A stretch of 64,000 nucleotides of DNA, from positions 9,776 to 73,775 of IMG/VR virus record IMGVR_UViG_3300012665_000990. One strand, 5' to 3'. The notes below the pieces were generated by a model, which did not search any database, was not told the origin of the DNA, and worked only from the letters and a program-made list of their open reading frames with translations. Of the stretch, positions 49,203 to 59,069 are shown one piece after another. Origin of the DNA: a virus. Lineage: Duplodnaviria; Caudoviricetes. The position numbers and the translations under genes were made by a program. The stretch's first letter is position 1; the number at the start of each line of letters is the position of its first letter.

Positions 49203-49232
49203 ATAGGGCAACGTTTATCTTGCCCTATTTTT
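49203..49232 (+). terminator. Intrinsic terminator closing the late cluster
   Basis: ATAGGGCAA-CGTTTATC-TTGCCCTAT followed by TTTT. Confidence 0.8.
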
Positions 49233-49253
49233 ATGACTAAAATTTCTGTAGGC

Positions 49254-49282
49254 TTGACACCAGTACATAATTACGCTATAAT
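49254..49282 (+). promoter_or_regulatory. Sigma70-type promoter
   Basis: TTGACA, 17 nt, TATAAT (perfect consensus). Confidence 0.85.
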
Positions 49283-49305
49283 TGTAAAACAATAGGAGTT
49301 TATAC

Positions 49306-49614
49306 ATGAGCAAAGTATTTGGTGCACCAGAACAAGCAAAATTAAAACAACTGGTTAAAGACGGTTGGCAAGTAATGGATGAAATTAAAAGCCTACAAGA
49401 AGGCTTGAATGAAACAATTAAAGCAGTAGCAGAAGAATTGGATGTAAAGCCCAGTGTTATTAAAAAGGCAATCCGTACAGCAATGAAGGATGATTGGGAA
49501 CAAACTGCTAAAGACTTTAGTGACTTAGAGGACATTGTACATACTACTGGACATGGAAGCGGTACTCCATGGAATCAACAAGGGTCGACTACAAATGTCA
49601 CTACAACTCCGTAA
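49306..49614 (+). CDS. Small DNA-binding-like protein (T4 DsbA-like, tentative)
   Basis: Helical; KAVAEELDVKPSVIKKAIR pattern; SD AGGAG. Confidence 0.45.
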   Translation: MSKVFGAPEQAKLKQLVKDGWQVMDEIKSLQEGLNETIKAVAEELDVKPSVIKKAIRTAMKDDWEQTAKDFSDLEDIVHTTGHGSGTPWNQQGSTTNVTTTP

Positions 49615-49897
49615 ACAATTATCAGGAGTTATAAGTTGGGTCAAAGCGGATTGGTATGCTAATCCATGGCGTCTAACTGCCGAGACCTATAATGCTTTCA
49701 CAGCATTGGCCACTGCTATCATCTTTGCATTTATGGCCCCAAATGTTCCATATGGAATTACATACCCGTTGTGGCTAAGTGGAACGTTTCTGATGATATT
49801 CTGTGGCATTAGTCGTGGTAGCGTTGGCATGGTAGTGATGAGTGTTGTTATGACAATCATAGACACTTTTGGATATATTAGGTTTCTATTACAATGA
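49595..49897 (+). CDS. Membrane protein
   Basis: Three hydrophobic segments; start MSLQLRK. Confidence 0.55.
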   Translation: MSLQLRKQLSGVISWVKADWYANPWRLTAETYNAFTALATAIIFAFMAPNVPYGITYPLWLSGTFLMIFCGISRGSVGMVVMSVVMTIIDTFGYIRFLLQ

Positions 49898-50523
49898 GTA
49901 CCGTTAACTATTTTAGCAATTTAGGATTTTTAGCAGAGCAATTAACAGATGAACAGTTGCGGCCTATCAAAGAAGAGATTGAGTCTATTAAGTTAAATTT
50001 TGAAGGCAGTGTCAAACACAATTCTGATTTAGCGGGAAATATTGTTAATGAATTTGGATTGATTAAAAATCATCAATATATTGAAAAACTTATACTACCA
50101 TATGTAATAGAGTATGATAAAGAATTTAATTTTTTAAAAGATTATAATTTTTTAACTAAAGACTGCCCAGTTATTTTAGAAACTGCTTGGGTCAATTTTC
50201 AAAAGAAACATGAATTTAATCCAGTACACAACCATACAGGAATTATGAGTTTTGTAATTTGGATTAATATTCCTTATAATTTAGAAGAAGAAATAACCAA
50301 AGGTCCTGGTGCAAAGTCTAATAAAAATGTTCCAGGAGCGTTTGAATTTCAATACACTTCAATAATGGGAGATGTATGCGGACATACTATTCATGTAGAT
50401 AAAAGTTTAGAAAATGCATTAATAGTTTTTCCAGCTAAATTATGTCATAGTGTATATCCGTTTTATACTTCAGATGATTATAGAATAAGCGTTTCAGGAA
50501 ATTTTAAATTTAAAACAGACTAA
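49894..50523 (+). CDS. 2OG-Fe(II) oxygenase-like protein
   Basis: NPVHNH..MSFVIW, IVFPAKLCHSV, RISVSGN. Confidence 0.78.
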   Translation: MSTVNYFSNLGFLAEQLTDEQLRPIKEEIESIKLNFEGSVKHNSDLAGNIVNEFGLIKNHQYIEKLILPYVIEYDKEFNFLKDYNFLTKDCPVILETAWVNFQKKHEFNPVHNHTGIMSFVIWINIPYNLEEEITKGPGAKSNKNVPGAFEFQYTSIMGDVCGHTIHVDKSLENALIVFPAKLCHSVYPFYTSDDYRISVSGNFKFKTD

Positions 50524-50540
50524 CGTAAATATACGTGTAG

Positions 50541-50598
50541 ATGGTTAGATCAGCCATAATTGATCATTTTGGTTTGCGAGCCCAAAGTCGCTAGGAGA
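50541..50598 (+). ncRNA. Candidate structured leader (tandem pseudoknots) of the DNA polymerase mRNA
   Basis: Two GGUU-loop-AGCC hairpins whose loops (GAUC, GCGA) match downstream GAUC and UCGC; the second abuts SD AGGAGA. Confidence 0.4.
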
Positions 50599-50603
50599 AA
50601 AAT

Positions 50604-53279
50604 ATGAGTTATGTAGATGCTCTCTGGGATAGAGAGAAGGATATTATCAATGTCGTTGAAAGAGACGAAAAAGGTAATAGACGGTTTGTAGAATACCCCG
50701 CACGTTATCAATTTTATTACCCTGATCATAAGGGCAAGTATCGCAGTATGTTTGGCGATAACTTGAGCAAAGTCACTGTAAGAAGTTTTAAAGACTTTAC
50801 TAAAGAACAAAAAATCCACAGCAATAAAACACTTTTTGAAAGTGATATCAATCCAGTATTTAGAATATTGGAAGAAAACTATCTGGGCAAAGAACCTCCT
50901 AAAATGCACGTAGCATTTTTTGATATTGAGGTGGACTTTGATCCAGAACGTGGCTATGCTTCACCAGATGATGCGTTCATGCCAATTACTGCGATTGCTG
51001 TTCACCTGCAATGGATGGATACACTTGTATGTTTAGCATTACCTCCAAAGACAATGACTATGGAGCAAGCACAAGAGTCCATTAAAGATTTCCCTAATAC
51101 AATATTGTTTGAAACTGAAGCAGAATTGTTAGATAACTTTCTAACACTAATTGATGACGCTGACATTATCACAGGTTGGAACAGCGAAGGTTTTGACGTA
51201 CCTTATACTGTTAATCGTGTAACCCGTGTATTAAGTAAAGAAGACACTAAGCGTTTTTGTTTGTGGGATCAATATCCTAAAAAGCGTGAATATGAAAAGT
51301 TTGGTAAAACTGCTATCACTTATGACTTTGTTGGCCGTGTACACTTGGATAGTTTGGAAGTTTATCGCAAATACAAGTATGAAGAAATGCACAGTTACAG
51401 ACTTGATGTAATTGGTGAACTTGAAGTTGGTGAAAATAAAACACAATACGAAGGAACACTTGATCAACTATACAATAATGATTTCCGTACTTTTATTGAA
51501 TATAACAGACAAGACTGTGCATTGTTGGATAAGATGGATAAGAAGTTAAAATTCTTAGACCTTGCAAACGTGCTGGCGCACGGTAATACTGTATTGCTAC
51601 AAACAACAATGGGTGCTGTGGCAATGACTGAACAGGCTATTATTAACGAAGCACATCAACACGGACTAATTGTTCCAAGTCGCCAACGTAAAGGCGAACA
51701 AGGCGACACTGCGGCCGCTGGTGCGTATGTTGCATTTCCTAAAAAAGGATTGCATGATTGGATTGGTGCAATTGACATTAACTCATTGTATCCTTCAGCT
51801 ATTCGTGCGCTTAACATGGGACCAGAAACTATTGTTGGTCAGTTACGTCAAACTAAAACAGAAGAATTTATCCAAAATCAAATGCTCTTACATAAAAAGT
51901 CATTTGCAGGCAGTTGGGAAGATAAGTTTGGCAGTTTAGAATATGAAGCTGTTATGAATCAAAGTAAGTCAGAAGAGATTACTATTGACTGGAGCAACGG
52001 TGATTCTAGCGTAAACAGTGGTGCTGAGATTTACGAAGTTATTTTTAACAGTAATAAACCTTGGATGCTAAGTGCTAATGGAACTATTTTTACATACGAG
52101 TATGAAGGTATTATTCCAGGCTTATTGAAAAAGTGGTATGCTGAACGTAAAGAAATGCAGAGGAAGTCTCGAGATGCTGAAGTTGCTGGCAACAAAATTG
52201 AAGCTGAATATTGGGACAAGCGACAACTAGTACGTAAGATTAATTTGAATTCACTATATGGTGCGTTGTTAAATCCAGGTTGCAGATTCTTTGATAAGCG
52301 TATTGGACAGTCAACTACACTAGTTGGTCGATGTGTAGCAAGACACATGGCTAGTAAGATTAATGAAATTATTTGTGGCGAGTATGACTACAAAGGTAAA
52401 AGTATCATTTATGGTGATACTGACTCATGCTATTTTAGTGCCTGGAGTACTTTACGTAATGAAGTAGAAAAAGGCAACTTACATTGGGATAAAGACACCG
52501 TAGTACAGTTATATGACCAAATTGCGGAAGAAGTTAATAATAGTTTCCCACAATTTATGTTAGATTACTTTCATTGTCCAAAGTCACGTGGCGAAGTTAT
52601 TAAAGGTGGACGTGAACTAGTTGCTATTAAAGGATTGTTTATTACTAAAAAACGTTATGCTGTTCTTAACTATGATAAAGAAGGCAAACGTTTAGATGAA
52701 AATGGCAAACCTGGTAAAATTAAAGCTATGGGTTTGGACCTCAAGCGTAGTGATACTCCAGAATATATGCAGAACTTCTTAGAAGAAATTCTAATGGACG
52801 TATTGCAAGGTGCAGAAGAACAATTTGTATTAGATAAAATTATCGAGTTTAGACAAGATTTTAAATCTAAGCCAGGTTGGGAGAAGGGAAGCCCAAGACG
52901 GGCAAATAACATTACTGATTATCAAGAACAAGAACGTAAACAAGGTAAAGCAAATATGCCTGGTCACGTTCGTGCTAGTATTAACTATAATCGTTTGCGT
53001 GAAATGAACGGTGACAAGTATTCTGTACAAATTGTTGATGGTATGAAAGTGTATGTTTGCAAATTGAAAAATAACGCAATGGGTTATACCAGTGTTGCTT
53101 ATCCAGTAGATGAATTGAAAATTCCTAAGTGGTTCCAAGATTTGCCATTTGATGATTTGGCAATGGAGGAGACAATTATCGACAATAAGATTAGTAACCT
53201 TATTGGAGTTTTGGAATGGGACATTGAAAGTACCACTGATAGTGGAAGTACTTTTGGTAAGTTATTTGATTTTGAATAA
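50604..53279 (+). CDS. polB: Family B DNA polymerase (T4 gp43-like)
   Basis: FDIEV, GWNSEGFD, YNRQD exonuclease motifs; DINSLYPS, KINLNSLYG, YGDTDS, KKRYA; C-terminal KLFDF clamp-binding peptide. Confidence 0.96.
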   Translation: MSYVDALWDREKDIINVVERDEKGNRRFVEYPARYQFYYPDHKGKYRSMFGDNLSKVTVRSFKDFTKEQKIHSNKTLFESDINPVFRILEENYLGKEPPKMHVAFFDIEVDFDPERGYASPDDAFMPITAIAVHLQWMDTLVCLALPPKTMTMEQAQESIKDFPNTILFETEAELLDNFLTLIDDADIITGWNSEGFDVPYTVNRVTRVLSKEDTKRFCLWDQYPKKREYEKFGKTAITYDFVGRVHLDSLEVYRKYKYEEMHSYRLDVIGELEVGENKTQYEGTLDQLYNNDFRTFIEYNRQDCALLDKMDKKLKFLDLANVLAHGNTVLLQTTMGAVAMTEQAIINEAHQHGLIVPSRQRKGEQGDTAAAGAYVAFPKKGLHDWIGAIDINSLYPSAIRALNMGPETIVGQLRQTKTEEFIQNQMLLHKKSFAGSWEDKFGSLEYEAVMNQSKSEEITIDWSNGDSSVNSGAEIYEVIFNSNKPWMLSANGTIFTYEYEGIIPGLLKKWYAERKEMQRKSRDAEVAGNKIEAEYWDKRQLVRKINLNSLYGALLNPGCRFFDKRIGQSTTLVGRCVARHMASKINEIICGEYDYKGKSIIYGDTDSCYFSAWSTLRNEVEKGNLHWDKDTVVQLYDQIAEEVNNSFPQFMLDYFHCPKSRGEVIKGGRELVAIKGLFITKKRYAVLNYDKEGKRLDENGKPGKIKAMGLDLKRSDTPEYMQNFLEEILMDVLQGAEEQFVLDKIIEFRQDFKSKPGWEKGSPRRANNITDYQEQERKQGKANMPGHVRASINYNRLREMNGDKYSVQIVDGMKVYVCKLKNNAMGYTSVAYPVDELKIPKWFQDLPFDDLAMEETIIDNKISNLIGVLEWDIESTTDSGSTFGKLFDFE

Positions 53280-53286
53280 AATTAAT

Positions 53287-53315
53287 TTGACTTTATCACT
53301 AGATCTAAATATAAT
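53287..53315 (+). promoter_or_regulatory. Sigma70-type promoter
   Basis: TTGACT, 17 nt, TATAAT. Confidence 0.7.
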
Positions 53316-53339
53316 CATTATATACGGAGAATAATAAAA

Positions 53340-54074
53340 ATGAAAGATATACTACAAGACATCGTTGGCCACACACATACATTGGGCCTTAGCATTGTAA
53401 AAATTACAGGCGATGACAACGAAACAAAAATTGACAGCATGGCAGATGACCGTTCAGTTATTATGATGGGTCAAACAAATGCACCAATCCCACAAATGAA
53501 GGGTGTATTTGGTATGCCACAATTAAACAAGTTGAAATACTTAATCGATTGTGCTGAGTACAAAGAAGGTGCTGAGATTGAATTAACTTCAAGAAGCATT
53601 AATGGTGAAATGATTCCAGACGGCATTCACTTTGAAAATAAAGATGGCGATTTCAAGAACGACTATAAGTTTATGAACACGCAGATCATTAATGAAAAAC
53701 TTAAGAACGTTAAGTTCAAAGAGCCAAAGTGGACAGTGGAACTTGAGCCAACGCTAGCATCTATTCAACGTTTTAGTTTACAAGCAGGTGCTAATACAGA
53801 GCACACTACATTCCTAGCACGTACTGACGGCGATAAAGTTAAATTTATCTTTGGTGATGCTAGTACACACGGTGGCGAATTTGTTTTTGCACAAGGTGTT
53901 AGTGGCAAATTAGACAAAGGCTGGACTTGGCCAGTTAGTAGCGTTTTAAACATTCTAAAAATTGCAGATGTTAACAATGCCAAAATTAGTTTTAGCAATG
54001 AAGTAGGAGCAATTCAAATTACTTTAGATAGCGGAACTGCTACTTACAAATATATTATTCCAGCACAGGCGTAA
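53340..54074 (+). CDS. Probable sliding clamp (gp45/PCNA-like)
   Basis: 244 aa, alternating beta/alpha pattern, directly after PolB, which ends in a clamp-binding peptide. Confidence 0.6.
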   Translation: MKDILQDIVGHTHTLGLSIVKITGDDNETKIDSMADDRSVIMMGQTNAPIPQMKGVFGMPQLNKLKYLIDCAEYKEGAEIELTSRSINGEMIPDGIHFENKDGDFKNDYKFMNTQIINEKLKNVKFKEPKWTVELEPTLASIQRFSLQAGANTEHTTFLARTDGDKVKFIFGDASTHGGEFVFAQGVSGKLDKGWTWPVSSVLNILKIADVNNAKISFSNEVGAIQITLDSGTATYKYIIPAQA

Positions 54075-54075
54075 T

Positions 54076-54177
54076 ATGGATTTATATCAAGTAAACTTTT
54101 TAATAGGTGCAATTGTTCTACTTGTAGGGCTTTCATACCTGTTATATAGATGTATTAAAGGCGACAGCGATGATTAA
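54076..54177 (+). CDS. Small single-TM protein (33 aa)
   Basis: MDLYQVNFLIGAIVLLVGLSYLLYRCIKGDSDD; fills the gap; below cutoff. Confidence 0.5.
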   Translation: MDLYQVNFLIGAIVLLVGLSYLLYRCIKGDSDD

Positions 54178-54544
54178 AGGTCTACAAGGCATTAGCGGGT
54201 TAATAGTATCTGGCGGCAATACTGCCCTACCGTATGTACCACCTAATTCCAATAATCCTATACAAGGTATGATGCGTATTAACAATACGGAACTTGAAGT
54301 GTTTAATGGTAGCAGTTGGCAACAACTATCTACTAGCTATGCCACAGTAGGTCTAGATCAAGATGTACTAGATATAGTACAATGGGCACGTAAGAAACGT
54401 AATGAAGAATTAGAGTACGAACGTTTGGCCAAAGAGCATCCTGCTGTACAACATGCAATTGATGCTTTTAAAAAAGCAGAAAAACAATTAGATCTAATAG
54501 TAAAATTATCGAAAGAACACGGAGAACAACTTGAAACAAGTTAA
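54170..54544 (+). CDS. Hypothetical protein
   Basis: Coupled ORF. Confidence 0.55.
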   Translation: MIKGLQGISGLIVSGGNTALPYVPPNSNNPIQGMMRINNTELEVFNGSSWQQLSTSYATVGLDQDVLDIVQWARKKRNEELEYERLAKEHPAVQHAIDAFKKAEKQLDLIVKLSKEHGEQLETS

Positions 54545-56132
54545 TTTTAACGAAACACAGAGAGACTATGCTGTCTATTTGCCAGCTATCAGTAGTTTCT
54601 ACAGTACATACATAAGCAAACAACGATACGGCGAGTTTGTTCCTCCGGATAGAATCCCTGCAGGCTTTGATAGAGGCATTGAAGGGATGAACTTCTTAAA
54701 TCCAGAAGCTGGTTATTTTACATATAAGAACGCATTGTATTCTGCAGGTCATGCACAACTTGATTTAGATAAAGCTATAAAACAAGATAGTATGATACAA
54801 GAAAGAGATCGTAATAACACCATCATTTTAGGTGACTCCGGCGGTTTCCAAATTGGTAAAGGCATACTAAAATTTGATTGGCAAGACTTTAAAGGTAAAG
54901 GTGCTAACGTAACTAGAGACAAAATTCTTAATTGGCTAGAATTAACTGCCGATTGGAGTATGTGTCTTGACGTTCCAACGTGGGCCAGTAATGCACAGCA
55001 TAGAGAAAAGACAGGACTTAAGAGTTTCCAAGACTGTTTAGATGCCACTGTCTGGAATAACAACTACTTTGTTCAAAATAGATTAGGCAATACTAAGTTT
55101 TTAAACGTATTACAAGGTAATAGTCCAGAAGAATGTGATACTTGGTACGATGCTGTTAAAAATATGCCGTTTGAAGGTTGGGCTATGGGTTCACAAAATA
55201 TGTGTAACATGCCAATTATCCTAAATAGACTTATCACAATGCGTGATGAAGGTATGTTAGAAGGTAAAGACTGGATGCACTTTTTGGGAACTGCTCCTTT
55301 AGACTGGGCATGTTACTTGACTAGTATTCAACGTGTACTGCGTAAGCATTGTAACCCTAATTTAACAATTAGTTTTGACTGTGCAAGTCCATATATTGCT
55401 GTTGCGTATGGTTTAGCATATACAACACCAAGTCACAGACGTGATAAGTGGAGTATTGTTATGGAAAAAGCTCCAGATAATAAAATACTTGCTAACAGCA
55501 TGAACCCTTTCCCATGGGGAAATGCAATTGGTGATCGATTAACAATGGGTGACGTATGTTTTTATAGTCATGGCGAACCAAATTGGCCTGCTGTTAATGC
55601 AGATAATATTGATCCAGTAAGATTGTTTAAAGATCCAAAGTTTATGAATGATCCTAAATATTGGATTACAATGGGCGACAAAAATAAAATTGATAAAGTT
55701 GGTACAACAAGTTGGGATAGTTTCAGTTATGCACTGTACATGGCGCACAATACAGAAATTCATATTGAAGCTGTACAACGTGCCAATCGTTTAATGGATA
55801 TGGAAATTGCTCGTTACAAGCCAGACTGGAGACAGTGGAAGCGGTTAGACGGCAAGAGTGCAAAGAGTGATGAACCAAGTGATTGGGTACCACGTAACAT
55901 TTTGTATTTTGATCGTTTTGTAAATGAATTGTTTGAAAGTGATGATCCAAAAGCAATGCTCAAACACGCACATAAATTCTTAACTGAATTACAAGGCGGT
56001 TTACAGCGTGGCAAAGTCCAAAATGACGTACTCAATAATTTTATCGAATTTGAAGATGCTGAACCAGGCGAAAGCGATTTGACAAATATGAATGATGATA
56101 AAATTATCGAATTAGAGCACAGTTTGGACTAA
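54531..56132 (+). CDS. dpdA: TGT-fold transglycosylase, DpdA-like (7-deazaguanine insertion into DNA)
   Basis: GDSGGFQ, LDVP, VLQG, GWAMG, HFLG, SFDCASP, MAHN motifs; located among que/fol genes and next to the replication genes. Confidence 0.75.
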   Translation: MKQVNFNETQRDYAVYLPAISSFYSTYISKQRYGEFVPPDRIPAGFDRGIEGMNFLNPEAGYFTYKNALYSAGHAQLDLDKAIKQDSMIQERDRNNTIILGDSGGFQIGKGILKFDWQDFKGKGANVTRDKILNWLELTADWSMCLDVPTWASNAQHREKTGLKSFQDCLDATVWNNNYFVQNRLGNTKFLNVLQGNSPEECDTWYDAVKNMPFEGWAMGSQNMCNMPIILNRLITMRDEGMLEGKDWMHFLGTAPLDWACYLTSIQRVLRKHCNPNLTISFDCASPYIAVAYGLAYTTPSHRRDKWSIVMEKAPDNKILANSMNPFPWGNAIGDRLTMGDVCFYSHGEPNWPAVNADNIDPVRLFKDPKFMNDPKYWITMGDKNKIDKVGTTSWDSFSYALYMAHNTEIHIEAVQRANRLMDMEIARYKPDWRQWKRLDGKSAKSDEPSDWVPRNILYFDRFVNELFESDDPKAMLKHAHKFLTELQGGLQRGKVQNDVLNNFIEFEDAEPGESDLTNMNDDKIIELEHSLD

Positions 56133-56148
56133 TTAGTTCAAAACTGTA

Positions 56149-56177
56149 TTGACAAAACCTTTTGAAACCGTTATTAT
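56149..56177 (+). promoter_or_regulatory. Sigma70-type promoter (leaderless)
   Basis: TTGACA, 17 nt, TATTAT; ATG 6 nt downstream with no SD. Confidence 0.65.
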
Positions 56178-56183
56178 ATAAAC

Positions 56184-56726
56184 ATGCTAAACACAGAAGA
56201 ACGTCAACAAGTTAGATTTTTTACAGGTTACGAAGTTGAACATACTGTATGTTACAATATGTTCACTTTGTTTGTAGTAAGTGTACAACCTATTGAAGAA
56301 ATTCTAAAAATTGCAAACGACACACAGAGTTATACTGACGAGACAAAGCGTATCAAACAAATATATTTTGGTACTAGCCAAAGTTTTCCTAATATTGGAG
56401 TTAATGATGCAAGTCAATGGCGTCCATGGGAAGACATGATCAAGGCTTGTTTAGATGCAGGCTATTGGTGTACTTTGGATTTAGATGTAGCACAAGCGGA
56501 AGGATTACTTGAAAGTGGTCTAACTGAATACAATAAATTTGTTCCTATGATTAGTGTAAAACTTCCTTACATTAACCAATTTAACTACAACACAACTATT
56601 AAACTTGACGACCGTACTTGGGGTGCAACTAACCCTGGAGTATGGACACATCAATTGCACGACTTAATGACTATGAAAAATTATACTCATTGGGATCAAT
56701 ACACGCAAGATACGGAAATACAATGA
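56184..56726 (+). CDS. Hypothetical protein in the deazaguanine cluster
   Basis: FFTGYEVEHT..TLFVV, IYFGTSQSF, NPGVW. Confidence 0.6.
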   Translation: MLNTEERQQVRFFTGYEVEHTVCYNMFTLFVVSVQPIEEILKIANDTQSYTDETKRIKQIYFGTSQSFPNIGVNDASQWRPWEDMIKACLDAGYWCTLDLDVAQAEGLLESGLTEYNKFVPMISVKLPYINQFNYNTTIKLDDRTWGATNPGVWTHQLHDLMTMKNYTHWDQYTQDTEIQ

Positions 56727-57118
56727 TAATTAAACAAGACATACGACCGCTTAAAATGATTTGGGTCACATTTCAAAAGGAAGGCATTCATTGCTACCCT
56801 GCGGCCGCAACAGACCCTAACTTAGCAACAGGAGATCAATATGATGTATCGTTTCTTGCTAATCCTCATCGTCATATTTTCCATTTTAGGGTATGGCTTA
56901 GTGTCACCCACAATGATAGAGATGTGGAATTCATTCAGTTCAAGCGATGGCTTGAACAACTGTATTCTAGCGCACAAGGTGTTTTGTCGCTAGATCATAA
57001 GAGTTGTGAAATGATGTCAGACGAATTGTATGATATCATTTCCAATAAGTATCCTAACCGTGAGGTTTGGATTGAGGTCTCCGAAGACGGAGAAAATGGT
57101 AGTTTTATCAAATATTGA
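56723..57118 (+). CDS. QueD-like T-fold paralog with LxxxHRHxF motif (DpdL-type)
   Basis: EGIHCYP, LANPHRHIF, NDRDVEFI, SCEM, EVSEDGENG; lacks CxxxHGH. Confidence 0.7.
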   Translation: MIIKQDIRPLKMIWVTFQKEGIHCYPAAATDPNLATGDQYDVSFLANPHRHIFHFRVWLSVTHNDRDVEFIQFKRWLEQLYSSAQGVLSLDHKSCEMMSDELYDIISNKYPNREVWIEVSEDGENGSFIKY

Positions 57119-57133
57119 TATAAGGAAATAAAA

Positions 57134-57415
57134 ATGGCTGTTCCTGGCTATATTCAAAAGACGCTTCAAATGAAGCCCGAAGTAAGTAAGATCTTTGATG
57201 ATCTTGATGAGTGGCTTGACCACTGCCGTTTTAACCTACTGGATTTTAATCCAGCCGACTTACATAGGTCACAGGCCTATAAAGACTTTGCACGTCGTAA
57301 GCACGGCAACTTTAGGTATCAAGGCAGGAATGGCAATGCCAAATTCCACAATAACAATAACGGCGAGCGTAAGCCATATTTGGGCAAGAACCCTCGCTAC
57401 AATCGTGAAAATTGA
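57134..57415 (+). CDS. Hypothetical protein with basic low-complexity tail
   Basis: SD AAGGA. Confidence 0.55.
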   Translation: MAVPGYIQKTLQMKPEVSKIFDDLDEWLDHCRFNLLDFNPADLHRSQAYKDFARRKHGNFRYQGRNGNAKFHNNNNGERKPYLGKNPRYNREN

Positions 57416-58509
57416 TGACTGTATTTTTAGTTGATCTAGAAGCAGTAGAAACTAGGTACACGGGTCAGTGGAAGACTCATGTACCTACTCTCTTACGAAA
57501 GGCAGGACACAATGTTCAAATTATCTCTGGCCCTGAAGATATTCCTTCAGCCACTACTCCTGGTGCTTTTCTTAATTTTGGTGGCACCAATATATACAAG
57601 GCTCGACAAGTTGAGCAGATGGGTAGGCTGTTTTGCAACGGATCCGTTCATCCCGGCGACCACTTTATTTTTACTGACGCTTGGCATCCGGGCATTATAA
57701 ATTTAAAGTACATGAGTGAACTACTAGGCATTCCAGTAACTACACATGGTTTATGGCATGCTGGCAGTTATGATCCGCAAGACTTCTTGGGTCGACTTGT
57801 TGGAGATAAACCTTGGGTAAGGCATGCAGAAAAAAGTTTCTACCATGCTTTTGATCACAACTACTTTGCCACAGACTTTCATATTCACATGTTTTACGAA
57901 AACTTGATCCAACCAGATCCGGATCGTAAAGTAAGTATGTATAAGACTGTATTTGACGATACGTTATTCAACAACAAGGTTGTACGCACAGGCTGGCCCA
58001 TGGAGTATATGGATGATATACTTACCGCATACAAGGGTATGCCAAAGCGTGACTTAATTTTATTTCCGCATCGTATTGCTCCAGAGAAGCAAGTTGAAAT
58101 CTTTAGAGATTTAAAAACACATTTACCACAATATGAATTTGTAGTATGTCAAGATCAACAATTGACAAAGAACGAATATCATAATTTGTTAGGTGAAGCT
58201 AAATTGGTGTTCAGTGCTAATTTACAGGAAACATTAGGCATTAGCTGTTATGAAGGTGCAGTAGTAGACGCTATTCCTATGGTTCCAGATCGTTTGTCAT
58301 ATAGTGAAATGTATTACGATACATTTAAGTACCCAAGTAAGTGGACTGAAAGTTGGGAATTGTATAACGTATATCGTCCAGATTTGTGTCGTGCTATTAT
58401 GTCACACATGGACTACTACGAACAAAGATTGCCAGCAATTAGGAAACAAGCATTGGATTTAACAGAACAGTTTTTCAGTGCAGGTGGCTTAATTGACAAC
58501 ATCAAATAA
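57412..58509 (+). CDS. GT-B fold glycosyltransferase (GT4-like)
   Basis: HAGSYD, FPHRIAPEKQ, QETLGISCYEG (EX7E), VPDRLSYSEM. Confidence 0.8.
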   Translation: MMTVFLVDLEAVETRYTGQWKTHVPTLLRKAGHNVQIISGPEDIPSATTPGAFLNFGGTNIYKARQVEQMGRLFCNGSVHPGDHFIFTDAWHPGIINLKYMSELLGIPVTTHGLWHAGSYDPQDFLGRLVGDKPWVRHAEKSFYHAFDHNYFATDFHIHMFYENLIQPDPDRKVSMYKTVFDDTLFNNKVVRTGWPMEYMDDILTAYKGMPKRDLILFPHRIAPEKQVEIFRDLKTHLPQYEFVVCQDQQLTKNEYHNLLGEAKLVFSANLQETLGISCYEGAVVDAIPMVPDRLSYSEMYYDTFKYPSKWTESWELYNVYRPDLCRAIMSHMDYYEQRLPAIRKQALDLTEQFFSAGGLIDNIK

Positions 58510-59068
58510 AATTATAGTATCAGACGATACTTTTACAAAATACGACTTTAGTTCAGTTATAACTGAAAACGACAAGTTACAGGCAATGTCAATGATTAAA
58601 GAAATTATTGACGCAGGTAGGTATTTTGAAAATGGTCCAAAATTCCAAACTAAAGAAAATCTATTTGGCAGACATGAAGTTTGTTGGCTCAAATTAAGAA
58701 TGAGTTTTATTTTTAGTTGTTTTATGTATTTGAAAACAGAAGTACCAATTAAACATATATCAGCTTGGAGTTTCATGACTTCAAATGCTACAGTAGAAGA
58801 TAGAGATGATTTGTGGCATGAGCACCATTTAACTAAACAAAATAAATCAATATCTGGAATTTTGTATCTTCATATTCCAGATGATGTTGAAAATTTTGAC
58901 TTGTCTGGAACAGAGTTTGCGCCGAACGGATTGCAAGATCCTGAAAGAGTATTTTTAAAACCTGAACCATATTGTTGGTTCATTTACCCTAGTAATATCT
59001 ATCATAGACCAGCACCCCCAACGTCAAGTCAATTTAGATATATTGTAGCCGCAGATTTGGAGTTTTAA
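58493..59068 (+). CDS. 2OG-Fe(II) oxygenase-like protein
   Basis: WHEH..SISGILYL, GTEF, FIYPSNIYHRP, RYIVAAD. Confidence 0.7.
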   Translation: MTTSNKIIVSDDTFTKYDFSSVITENDKLQAMSMIKEIIDAGRYFENGPKFQTKENLFGRHEVCWLKLRMSFIFSCFMYLKTEVPIKHISAWSFMTSNATVEDRDDLWHEHHLTKQNKSISGILYLHIPDDVENFDLSGTEFAPNGLQDPERVFLKPEPYCWFIYPSNIYHRPAPPTSSQFRYIVAADLEF

Positions 59069-59069
59069 T

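Noticed and set aside
50604-53279. Intein or intron in the polymerase
   Set aside because: Length (891 aa) and motif spacing match an uninterrupted T4-type PolB.
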